Source: a virus
IMG/VR virus record: IMGVR_UViG_3300045988_016855
Length of the DNA: 37,207 nt
Strand: one strand, 5' to 3'
A program made the translations under genes and the position numbers. The notes below the pieces were generated by a model. That model was given only the letters and a program-made list of their open reading frames with translations. It was not told where the DNA came from and ran no database searches. Each line of letters begins with the position of its first letter. The stretch's first letter is position 1. Positions 17,415 to 25,510 of the stretch are shown in pieces.

Positions 17415-18185
17415 CTAAAATGCAAAAAGACCGAACCCTTTCGGTACAGTCTCGTTTGTGTTATTTTCTGGACTTTCTGGAATATTGAATTTTTTCTGTA
17501 CAAATTCGCTATTTTCAAAAGTCTCTTGTGCGATTTGTCGAGCCTCTAGTTTATTAGCTACCAGCTCAGCGATTTTATCAACATCAGGAGTCATTGCTGA
17601 TTTCATCTTGTCAATAAAGTCATGCGGGATCATTGGAGTTTCGCTTGCAGCAAACGTAGGAGCAATTTCTCCGCTAAACATGACACGGTCAGCAAAACCT
17701 TCCTTGACTGCTGTTTTAGCATCGAACCAGGTAGTCTTGTTCATCAAATCCAATAAATCATCCAGCGCCTTACCTGTCTTATCGACATAAGCATTAGCGA
17801 TTGATTTGTTGAATCCTTCAAGAACCCCAGCTTCATGCAGTAGAGTGTTGTGGTCTCCGTCAACTCGTGATGACACGTTATGGATCATGATTTGAGCAGT
17901 CGGGCTAATTTCTACCACGTCACCAGCCATAGCAATGACGCTTGCTGCACTTGCAGCAATGCCCACGATCTTAACAACTACTTTCCCTGAATAGGACCGC
18001 AAAGCGGTATAGATTTCGCTACCAGCATACACATCACCACCGCCCGAATTGATATGGACTTCAATGTCCTCACCAGTTTCAGGAAGTACAACGTTTTTAG
18101 GAGCAGTACAGTCCCAACCGAACCAATCGTACATCCAAACATCATCGTTTGAAACAATGGTTCCCTTAATCGGAATCACTTTCAT
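17415..18185 (-). CDS. Prohead (head maturation) protease, ClpP/S14-like
   Basis: ORF track 17415..18197 begins at a GTG that overlaps the RBS, so I trimmed to the ATG at 18185. Motifs INSGGGDVYAGSEIYTAL and IAASAASVIAMAGD are ClpP-like. Confidence 0.8.
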   Translation of the reverse strand: MKVIPIKGTIVSNDDVWMYDWFGWDCTAPKNVVLPETGEDIEVHINSGGGDVYAGSEIYTALRSYSGKVVVKIVGIAASAASVIAMAGDVVEISPTAQIMIHNVSSRVDGDHNTLLHEAGVLEGFNKSIANAYVDKTGKALDDLLDLMNKTTWFDAKTAVKEGFADRVMFSGEIAPTFAASETPMIPHDFIDKMKSAMTPDVDKIAELVANKLEARQIAQETFENSEFVQKKFNIPESPENNTNETVPKGFGLFAF

Positions 18186-19317
18186 CTTCTTTCTCACCTC
18201 CCTTCTCTACATCCTCACCAAGTTGATAGTTCTTAGTGATCAGAGGCTTGTCGCCCCACGGTACAGCTTCAAGACCAAGTTCCTCACGGACTTCATTGAT
18301 AAGCATAGATCCAGAAGAAATCAGCTTGTCAATACTTTGAGCAAGTGAGAATTTATCCCTTTGACCTTCACCGACAATGACAAGACGATTGTTATCCCTA
18401 TACTCGCTTTTACTTAGCAAAGCGAAGTTCAGGCCGTCACTCATCTTCTTCACGAGCGACTGATAGCAATAGCTATTGAACATCTTCTGGCTATTCTCAA
18501 GGTTTGCCATATCCCCATGCATCAGCGCAGTAGGAATTCCCAAGATGTCAGCCACTTCATCATCAAACTGCCGACGAAGCTTTTTGAGCTCATCCACAGA
18601 CAGATTAGAAGTCCCTGTGGTATTAGTCAGCTCAGAATATTCCATCCCTTCTTGAGCTGGTACAATCGCAACCGTTTTAGTTGTAAACGACTTAAAGAGA
18701 CCATCAGCATATTTCTGCATCTTCTCACGCTTCTTATCGTCGAAGCTTGCATTTGTCCTTGTACTAAGAACCCCACGGATTTGATTATTCCGTGCCAGCG
18801 CTTCGACTAGCCGAGTGTGTAGTTTCTCATAATCGTTAAACAACTGAGTGAAATACTCTTGTAGCCGATTGTTGTTGTACTGCAAGAAAATGACTTCGTC
18901 CATCTTGAATGGTTTTTGGAAAGTGTAATTCTGACAAGTCACAGACGTGAATGTATCATCATACACAGCATACTTTTGACGAATGTACGAGTCAGCTATT
19001 AATAGCTGATCATCACTCGACAGAAAGATTAGGACTTCATTCTTGGTCAATAAGCGATAAATAGCTTTTTGCCAAAACTCAGAAGCAGACTCGTTCTTGT
19101 TGGGTCTTACATTTAGCAGATAATCCCAATCAGTAGCCTTCTTCTTCCCGTTCTCAATGAACTTGAACTCAGACCTTGCAAATATGCGGGCCACAAATTC
19201 AGCAGCCTTATCAATCGACAAGCTCTTTAGTTGCAGATTTCCAAAAATCCGCTCCAGCTCATCAAATTCAAAGCTTGGTTCCGGAACTTCACGCTTGAAT
19301 AAATTTAGCCATCCCAA
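18166..19317 (-). CDS. Portal protein, HK97 family
   Basis: ORF track 18166..19353 opens with GTG. AAAGGAGGAGG precedes an in-frame TTG at 19317, which I take as the likelier start. Size and position are typical of a portal. Confidence 0.75.
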   Translation of the reverse strand: MGWLNLFKREVPEPSFEFDELERIFGNLQLKSLSIDKAAEFVARIFARSEFKFIENGKKKATDWDYLLNVRPNKNESASEFWQKAIYRLLTKNEVLIFLSSDDQLLIADSYIRQKYAVYDDTFTSVTCQNYTFQKPFKMDEVIFLQYNNNRLQEYFTQLFNDYEKLHTRLVEALARNNQIRGVLSTRTNASFDDKKREKMQKYADGLFKSFTTKTVAIVPAQEGMEYSELTNTTGTSNLSVDELKKLRRQFDDEVADILGIPTALMHGDMANLENSQKMFNSYCYQSLVKKMSDGLNFALLSKSEYRDNNRLVIVGEGQRDKFSLAQSIDKLISSGSMLINEVREELGLEAVPWGDKPLITKNYQLGEDVEKGGEKEDESDSD

Positions 19318-19372
19318 GGCACCTCCTCCTTTCTTAAATTTTATGCCAACCACCCACCCGGGACCTTATCCC

Positions 19373-19630
19373 TTATCGTTTAAAAAACGGCTTCTTCGAG
19401 CGCTTCATATCTTGCCTGATAGCTTCGAACTCTTTGTTTGTCTGCTCGATATTCTCACTGCAAGCATCTTCATGGCGCTTCAAGGCTTGACTTATAGTAT
19501 TCAACTCGGATTTGAGATCACCGACTTTACTTATTATGTGCATGTTTTCCGCACTTAATGCAACCAACTCACATTCGAGCTCATGAATTTTTCGTTCGAG
19601 CATTTGTTTCTTTTTCATTCGTTTGTTCAT
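19373..19630 (-). CDS. Small coiled-coil protein between terminase and portal (85 aa)
   Basis: ORF track 19373..19663, trimmed to the Met after GAAAGGAAA, which avoids overlap with TerL. Confidence 0.5.
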   Translation of the reverse strand: MNKRMKKKQMLERKIHELECELVALSAENMHIISKVGDLKSELNTISQALKRHEDACSENIEQTNKEFEAIRQDMKRSKKPFFKR

Positions 19631-19643
19631 TTGGTTTTCCTTT

Positions 19644-21284
19644 CTAAAAATCCCAATCTTCAATCACATCAAGGAATTCACCAACAGTGCTTTCCTGGAT
19701 GATTTCTCTCTTGTAGAGAGCAGCAATAAAAGCGTGGAAGCCATCGGTCTTGCGTCTCACAGGCTCTTTCTTCAAAAACCTCTTGTTTCCGTCCTTGTCT
19801 TCCTTCACGAAGGTGTTATCTGTGTACCACAGCATCGACCTATCATTTCCAAAATTGAATCTCTCATTCGCAAACCCGTCCTCGATGATTGGTGCCACCT
19901 TGGATTGGATAGCCCCTGGATTGCGAAGAAATTCAAACTCAAAACCAGCTTCTTCCAGTAACGGTTTCAGCAAGTCCATCCGAAAACCATCGGCACAGAC
20001 TAGTTCGATATTGTATAGCTTGCGCCATTCATTCAGCTTAGCGACCAGCAACCGTGGATCAATACTCGGACCATCCACAACAGTAAAGATCCCTTGCTCC
20101 TGCCACTCACGGATTGGAGCCTTGATTTTAAACGCATCAAGGAAAGTCTTCCGAGCAAAGCTGTGTTGCCTCCAGATAAAATCATCGCCATCTTTAAACA
20201 GCAATCCCACCGAAGTAAAATCTCGGATGCTTGCGTAGTCAAATCCAGCCACACACGACCTTCCAACAAGTTCAATGTCAGCGTCCCTCAAAGTAGCAAG
20301 CAACTTATCACGAGTCGTCACATCTTTCTCGAGGTCCGCTTCTGGAAGGTTCATCCGCTTGGTCATAAACTCTTGTCTGCCTGATGGCTCAAGTTCCAAG
20401 TCATCATAGTCAGCTTTCGTTCTAGCAAGCAGACGCTTAGCGTAAGGAGTTGTCTCATCCAGCATAGGATTCGCTTTTGGCCAGTTGCTCATATCGTCCA
20501 CTTCTTCTGGATCATCCAACTTGCAGATAAACGGAAATAAGCGGAACTCATCAAGTTCACCATTCAAGATTTTCATTGATTTTTCAATCAGCTTGTCGTA
20601 GAAACCTTCACGGACGTGCCCGTTGGTACCATTGTAGAAGGTACGAGCATGGGCAATCTTACCAAGCCCTGACCGCTGGATTTTAACGGCAGAATCATTC
20701 TCGAACTGGTGAATTTCATCAAATTCAAGACAACCATCACGAGCCGAGTCCATTGTCTTTGGATTATTCGTCCGATAAGAAAAGACCGAGTTATTCCCTC
20801 GGCCTGTAATAGACATCTTTGTCAAATAGTAATGGTCTTCCAGTCCTCTTCGCTGGACAGTTTCATAAACTTCCTCAAACGAGACCTTCCCCTGTTTCTC
20901 AGAGTTGGCTGTGATGGTCACATCGTAATCCCTGACAGGATAGAGAGGGCTGATGAAGAATGCGGACCTACTGGACATAAAACCATTCTTCCCTCCCCCA
21001 CGGGCCAGAGTTAGCAATATTTCATCAAATTGAGGTTCACCATCCTCTTTCCTAAACAGGAAAATGAATGGTGTGATAAATTTTTGATACTTTGCCAGTG
21101 GGAAGAAATTCTTCTCAGTGAACTGGATATATTTCTCAATCAAAATATTGTCAAAATACAAATCATCCCTTGGATAGATTTTTTCTTTGATGATCTTGAA
21201 TAAGAGTGAGCGTTCTTTGTTGACTTTGATTTTTCCTGATTCAGCAAGTTCAATATATTCATCAATCAGAGGATGCGAAATCAC
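19644..21284 (-). CDS. terL: Terminase large subunit (Terminase_1 type)
   Basis: ORF track. 546 aa with a Walker A-like motif LARGGGKNG, followed by the portal gene. Confidence 0.9.
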   Translation of the reverse strand: MISHPLIDEYIELAESGKIKVNKERSLLFKIIKEKIYPRDDLYFDNILIEKYIQFTEKNFFPLAKYQKFITPFIFLFRKEDGEPQFDEILLTLARGGGKNGFMSSRSAFFISPLYPVRDYDVTITANSEKQGKVSFEEVYETVQRRGLEDHYYLTKMSITGRGNNSVFSYRTNNPKTMDSARDGCLEFDEIHQFENDSAVKIQRSGLGKIAHARTFYNGTNGHVREGFYDKLIEKSMKILNGELDEFRLFPFICKLDDPEEVDDMSNWPKANPMLDETTPYAKRLLARTKADYDDLELEPSGRQEFMTKRMNLPEADLEKDVTTRDKLLATLRDADIELVGRSCVAGFDYASIRDFTSVGLLFKDGDDFIWRQHSFARKTFLDAFKIKAPIREWQEQGIFTVVDGPSIDPRLLVAKLNEWRKLYNIELVCADGFRMDLLKPLLEEAGFEFEFLRNPGAIQSKVAPIIEDGFANERFNFGNDRSMLWYTDNTFVKEDKDGNKRFLKKEPVRRKTDGFHAFIAALYKREIIQESTVGEFLDVIEDWDF

Positions 21285-21625
21285 AATAGATCACTTCCAT
21301 CCGATGATGGTTTCTTCTCGACTGGCGAATTTTCAATCTCAAAGTCAAAAGATCGCTCGATGGCCAAAAGCTGATTGCTGGTAGTGTTGATTTCCTTAAT
21401 CAGCGAGTTTGCTTTTTGGAATCGTTGTTGACCATTATGCACAGTGATGACCAGGCCGTCTTGATGAAGCCTCTCTTTTAACTCATAAAGCAGTCGGACA
21501 AGATAAATATATCGATGGACTTTCTCATACTGGACAGCGTCCTTTTTTCGTGTACTGAAATTCCCGATTTTAGAAAGTAACTGGTTTTCTAAATCTTTTA
21601 TATTTTTTTCTGTGTATTCTTCCAT
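21281..21625 (-). CDS. terS: Terminase small subunit (P27-like)
   Basis: ORF track. 114 aa, its stop overlaps the terL start, and it follows HNH plus cos. Confidence 0.6.
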   Translation of the reverse strand: MEEYTEKNIKDLENQLLSKIGNFSTRKKDAVQYEKVHRYIYLVRLLYELKERLHQDGLVITVHNGQQRFQKANSLIKEINTTSNQLLAIERSFDFEIENSPVEKKPSSDGSDLL

Positions 21626-21753
21626 TAGCCCCCACCCCCTTCATTTTTTTGATAAATATTTGGATAATCAACCCCTCCCACCGGTTCCCTGGCGCTTGAT
21701 TTTTTCGATTTTTTTCGACCGGGGGGTCTTAAAATTTTTTCGTTTGACAAATT
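21626..21753. other. Probable cos / terminase recognition region
   Basis: Non-coding 128 bp between HNH and terS. It has repeated G-runs on the minus strand (GGTGGGGGTG, GACCCCCCGGTC, GGTGGGAGGGG, GGGGGTGGGGG) separated by A/T tracts. Confidence 0.5.
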
Positions 21754-22080
21754 TCACCCCCACCACTCATCAGTTCGGAAATTTTTGTTTTCCATTCTGG
21801 AAGACTTGCGGAATTGGAATCGATTGTGTCTTTTGTTATGGCATTCCTTGCAAAGAGTCCGAAGGTTATCTAGATCGAATGCATGTTCTGGATAATACTC
21901 GAGCTCTTTGATGTGGTCAACTTCAAGAAGAGTTCTTGTCACTCTTCCCTCATCTCGACACCAGACACATTCGTGATGATCTCTATTCAATGCTTCGAGT
22001 CTTAACTTCCTCCACTGATCTGAGTTGTAAAATTCTGCTCGAGTTTGTTTTGTGCTTACGTCTATTTCTTTTCCGTTCAT
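21754..22080 (-). CDS. HNH endonuclease (cos-packaging associated)
   Basis: ORF track. Motifs CVWCRDEG...VDHIKE...LRTLCKECHNKRH. Adjacent to the terminase genes. The N-terminus is uncertain (see findings). Confidence 0.85.
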   Translation of the reverse strand: MNGKEIDVSTKQTRAEFYNSDQWRKLRLEALNRDHHECVWCRDEGRVTRTLLEVDHIKELEYYPEHAFDLDNLRTLCKECHNKRHNRFQFRKSSRMENKNFRTDEWWG

Positions 22081-22368
22081 TTTCGATATATTCTTTTCTG
22101 AATTTATCCCACTCGGTTTTAGATCTTTCCCATTCGATTAACGATGGGAATCTAACAGCGAATCTGATTTTATTTGCATTTGTTTTCATGATTGCCTTTC
22201 TGAAATTATTCATCTATTCATTGAAAATACTTCTGTTTTTCTCTTCTGAATTAGACATATCTTATATTCTGTCTGATTCGCACCACTATTTAAAAGCTAG
22301 TAAAATAAATGGACCACGGAGATTTGATGAAACAAATTAGCGTTTTCCTCGTTATGTCTAATTATTAA

Positions 22369-22911
22369 CTATAAATCAAAATTAGACATTGCTTTATCTC
22401 GTTGATCTTGTCTAATCCCGATATATCGAAGTGTAATCGCAGGAGATGAATGATTGAATAAATCCATGAGCATTGCCACATCCTTGGTCTTCTTGTAGTA
22501 GTGATAGCCGAATGTCTTTCTCATCGAGTGCGTCCCGATGTTTTCAATTCCGCATTCGATTGCAGCAGTCTTCAATATCCAATCAACTGTTCGTCTGTCG
22601 AGTGGCTTGTTCTTCCCTATCCGACTTTGGAATAGATAATGATGCAGTGGTTTGTCTTTGATGTACTCTCTGATTTCTTTTTTCAAAGTCTTTGTCATCT
22701 TGAGTTGCTTCCGCTTCCCAGTCTTCTGCTCTTTGACTTTGATGTACCACCCTTGTACATCCTTAACTCTCACTTGTAAGATATCACCTACACGCAAACC
22801 AGAATTTATTCCAAACAAAAAGAGCAGATAATTTCTTTCGTTCCACTCTCTCAGATATTCCTTCATCGCTTGGATATCATCCTTGTCTCTGATTGGGTCC
22901 ACAATGTTCAT
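22369..22911 (-). CDS. Short tyrosine recombinase-like protein, catalytic domain only (180 aa)
   Basis: ORF track 22369..22929, trimmed to the Met after GAAAGGAGGTGA. Motifs GLRVGD (Arg I), THSMRKTF (H-x-x-R) and LRYIG (Tyr). There is no N-terminal core-binding or arm-binding domain. Confidence 0.7.
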   Translation of the reverse strand: MNIVDPIRDKDDIQAMKEYLREWNERNYLLFLFGINSGLRVGDILQVRVKDVQGWYIKVKEQKTGKRKQLKMTKTLKKEIREYIKDKPLHHYLFQSRIGKNKPLDRRTVDWILKTAAIECGIENIGTHSMRKTFGYHYYKKTKDVAMLMDLFNHSSPAITLRYIGIRQDQRDKAMSNFDL

Positions 22912-22969
22912 TGACTCACCTCCTTTCAAGGTAAAAATAAAAAGCCAGCTTGTGCTGACTTGGCTGATA

Positions 22970-23042
22970 TTAGGAGTACAGGATTCGAACCTGTGACACG
23001 AAGATTAAAAATCAACTGCTCTACCAACTGAGCTAACTCCCA
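22970..23042 (-). tRNA. tRNA-like gene, anticodon UUU (Lys) by manual folding, with a mismatched anticodon stem
   Basis: The minus strand reads TGGGAGT-TA-GCTC-AGTTGGTA-GAGC-A-GTTGA-TTTTTAA-TCTTC-GTGTC-ACAGG-TTCGAAT-CCTGT-ACTCCTA-A. D and T arms are canonical. The acceptor stem has one G-U pair. The anticodon stem has two U-U mismatches. No CCA is encoded. A hairpin plus T-run follows. Confidence 0.6.
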
Positions 23043-23136
23043 ACCCGTTTCATAAGGAGACCTCTCTTCGGTTTTACCCGATAATACAATTTTAGCACCT
23101 TTATTTTGAAATTTTTCCACGATTTCAGTCGAATTT

Positions 23137-23586
23137 TTAACTTTTTTCCAAATTTATTTTAAATTTGCTGTTGGCCGACAATTCAAAGATCTTCTTTTCG
23201 AGTTTGTTGAAGAATGGTTCGATGACCTCTTTGTAGGTCAGCGACTTGCTACAATGCAAGTATTTGATTGATGCTCCCTCAACTGTCAGAGTTCCGTCGA
23301 TGTAGATCGCTTTGATTGCAGTCCATTCGTTTTCTGGAGTTAAAACCTTGACTGAAGAAATAGCTTCTTTCATCAATTCGAGTCGATGCAATTCTGGATC
23401 TGACTCTTTCTTGATGATGTCTGATAAAGCTTTTGGAGTCACAGTCTTGTTACTCTTGATGCCCGTGTTAGGATCAGATGGTTTCCAAGGTACTTCAATT
23501 TCTTCAATTCGGTCCTTGATTTCTTTATCAAATGGATATTGTTTCAGTGCCAGGATAAGATATCCATAGCGACTTCGTAGGTTCAT
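23137..23586 (-). CDS. Putative late-gene transcriptional activator (ArpU/RinA/DUF1492-like)
   Basis: ORF track. It is the last gene of the early region, immediately upstream of the packaging module. The family call is positional and from memory. Confidence 0.4.
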   Translation of the reverse strand: MNLRSRYGYLILALKQYPFDKEIKDRIEEIEVPWKPSDPNTGIKSNKTVTPKALSDIIKKESDPELHRLELMKEAISSVKVLTPENEWTAIKAIYIDGTLTVEGASIKYLHCSKSLTYKEVIEPFFNKLEKKIFELSANSKFKINLEKS

Positions 23587-23744
23587 TCAATCACCTCTCT
23601 TTTGAATATTTCAATCATGCCTGTCAGTGTAGCTCTGTATGCCAAGGCTTCATGCAGTGTTTCGAACTCTGTATCATTCGCTCTCGCTGGATGAGTCCCT
23701 TCCCACATGCAGTGGCCTTCGTACTGTCTTACAACATATGTCAT
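23583..23744 (-). CDS. Small ORF (53 aa) MTYVVRQYEGHCMWEGTHPARANDTEFETLHEALAYRATLTGMIEIFKREVIE
   Basis: Hand-translated; below the ORF-track cutoff. ATGA overlaps occur at both ends (coupled to the upstream MazG-like gene and the downstream gene). An AGGAGG RBS is present. Confidence 0.55.
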   Translation of the reverse strand: MTYVVRQYEGHCMWEGTHPARANDTEFETLHEALAYRATLTGMIEIFKREVIE

Positions 23745-24235
23745 TTGATGTCCTCCTGTTTAACGAAGACACCATTGACCATTTCCCCTTTCCGGTCCTT
23801 AATTTCTTCGTAAGCAGCTTGAAGACATTCTTCTACCGTTAAATCGTAAGCCCCCCCAACATTTGCGATGCTATCCGTGATAGCTGCCAAATCTAATTCC
23901 GGCCAGAATCTCGGACGGTCTGCAAGCTGGCTGATGTGGCGCAGTGTGAATTTAAGACAGCTATCAACGTCTTTCAAATGCCATTCGTTGAATAGTCCAG
24001 TAGGTGTTCTGTTCAGAGCATCTTCGATTTTAATATTCTCTTGCTGGCAAAAGATAATCATGACAACCATCATATCGCCGATTGAGTCTTTGATTTGATC
24101 AACATTGTTTTTTAGATGGCCTTGGACCAATTCCCCGAATTCCTCAACCAATTTCAAGATTTGCTTGCCACTATCTTGGTTATTTAACCCACGATCAATT
24201 GACCAAATTTCAATTCTTTTGATTAGTTCGTCCAT
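23741..24235 (-). CDS. MazG-like nucleotide pyrophosphohydrolase
   Basis: ORF track. Motifs KLVEEFGELVQG and IGDMMVVMI, with C-terminal AYEEIKDRKGEMVNGVFVK typical of all-alpha NTP-PPases. Confidence 0.7.
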   Translation of the reverse strand: MDELIKRIEIWSIDRGLNNQDSGKQILKLVEEFGELVQGHLKNNVDQIKDSIGDMMVVMIIFCQQENIKIEDALNRTPTGLFNEWHLKDVDSCLKFTLRHISQLADRPRFWPELDLAAITDSIANVGGAYDLTVEECLQAAYEEIKDRKGEMVNGVFVKQEDIK

Positions 24236-24630
24236 TATTTTACCTCGAAATATTCTAGTAGTTCATTTTTTAATTCTTCTAGACTTCCGCATCTTTCGAT
24301 CATATCAGATACATCACAGACTACATCAGACTTATTTAATGTGTTTTCTGCAACTGCATCAGCTACCCATTTTGGATGTGTGCCAGCGTAAGAAAACTCA
24401 TCCTGTGGCAACGATTCAAGCAACACTTCATAACGTTCTTCAAGAGCGATTAGAGCACCAAATGTATCGATGTAATCACTGTCTAACTTTTTACGTTCAA
24501 AAACTTCTGGTTGATTTTGTTTAACGATCTCAGCATAAATAGCAGACCATTCTTCGGCTGAAAAACGTGATTTCTCGATCAATGCACCATACTCTATTTC
24601 TTTATCGTTTACTGTTATTTTGTAATTCAT
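24235..24630 (-). CDS. Acidic early protein (131 aa), unknown
   Basis: ORF track. Asp/Glu-rich; its stop overlaps the next start. Confidence 0.6.
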   Translation of the reverse strand: MNYKITVNDKEIEYGALIEKSRFSAEEWSAIYAEIVKQNQPEVFERKKLDSDYIDTFGALIALEERYEVLLESLPQDEFSYAGTHPKWVADAVAENTLNKSDVVCDVSDMIERCGSLEELKNELLEYFEVK

Positions 24631-24760
24631 TTTTAACCTCTCTTGTAATTCTATTTCTTTCCACTCTCCATTTAAGACTAATATTACTGTCAGAACATAC
24701 TAGCGTTATTTCTTCTTCCCACTGACATCTTGTATACGGATATCTATTTGGTCGTTTCAT
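24602..24760 (-). CDS. Small ORF (52 aa) MKRPNRYPYTRCQWEEEITLVCSD...
   Basis: Hand-translated. AAAGGAG lies 7 nt upstream of the ATG. It overlaps the next gene by 29 nt. Confidence 0.4.
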   Translation of the reverse strand: MKRPNRYPYTRCQWEEEITLVCSDSNISLKWRVERNRITREVKNELQNNSKR

Positions 24761-24773
24761 TCTGTTACTCCTT

Positions 24774-25109
24774 TTATTTTTCTAACGTTTTGATTACATT
24801 TTCAATTTGTTCTTTCTTCTTCTGCAACTCTTCCAAACTTTTGACTTCTAATGCTTTTTTAATAATTTCAAGTTGTTCAATTTCTTTTTTAAACTTTATA
24901 AGTTCGTCAACTTTATGAGCATAATCCCTAAAATTATTTGCCCAATCATATTCATCCCAACCGAAAACTCTTATAATTTCGTGTTTTAAGTCATTGTATT
25001 TTCTTTCCAAATCTCTATTGACCATCGCTTGAGAATGCATAATGTAGAATGTCATAGCTGAAATCAGCAAACAAGCAATGAACATCCCCCAAAACATTAA
25101 ATCTTTCAT
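24774..25109 (-). CDS. Membrane protein (N-terminal TM plus coiled coil), 111 aa
   Basis: ORF track. TM segment FWGMFIACLLISAMTFYIM. Confidence 0.6.
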   Translation of the reverse strand: MKDLMFWGMFIACLLISAMTFYIMHSQAMVNRDLERKYNDLKHEIIRVFGWDEYDWANNFRDYAHKVDELIKFKKEIEQLEIIKKALEVKSLEELQKKKEQIENVIKTLEK

Positions 25110-25510
25110 TTTGTTACCTCCAACAATTCTGGATTTTCGTGAATGTTGCCAACGATTTCATAGTAATTTCTCATGTGCTCATAAAGATTAAAGATTTCTG
25201 TGGTAAGCTTCTTATCAAGTAAACCTAACATAGGTGAGTTTGCAACCCTCACCACTTGAAACATCCCAATCTGTCGCCTATCTCTAGGATTTCGCATTCT
25301 AACTACATCCCCCTCAAAGATTTCCTTGCCGTTTTTGTCGTGCAAGCCCGCTGATTGCATGATGACTAAATGTTCGACAAAAACATAATCTGGAGTGCTT
25401 GTTACAAACTCTTGTTCAACCACTACGACTTGCCCACTTTCTGTTATTGCGAAAGTATCTTTAAACATTTCTTTCTTTACGCTATCCCACGCTCTAAATT
25501 TTGGAATCAT
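25106..25510 (-). CDS. YopX family protein (paralog 2)
   Basis: ORF track 25106..25525, trimmed to MIPKFRAW after GAGGAGG. Motifs DKNGKEIFEGDVV and IVGNIHENPELLE. Confidence 0.75.
   Translation of the reverse strand: MIPKFRAWDSVKKEMFKDTFAITESGQVVVVEQEFVTSTPDYVFVEHLVIMQSAGLHDKNGKEIFEGDVVRMRNPRDRRQIGMFQVVRVANSPMLGLLDKKLTTEIFNLYEHMRNYYEIVGNIHENPELLEVTK

Noticed and set aside
21612-22340. Plus-strand ORFs (99 and 134 aa) across the cos and HNH region
   Set aside because: They run antisense to HNH or through the non-coding cos segment. Low-complexity translations and no RBS.
22926-23120. 64-aa minus-strand ORF
   Set aside because: It is the translation of the tRNA-like gene and its flanks (the ...LAQLVEQLIFNLRVTGSNPV... 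signature), not a protein gene.
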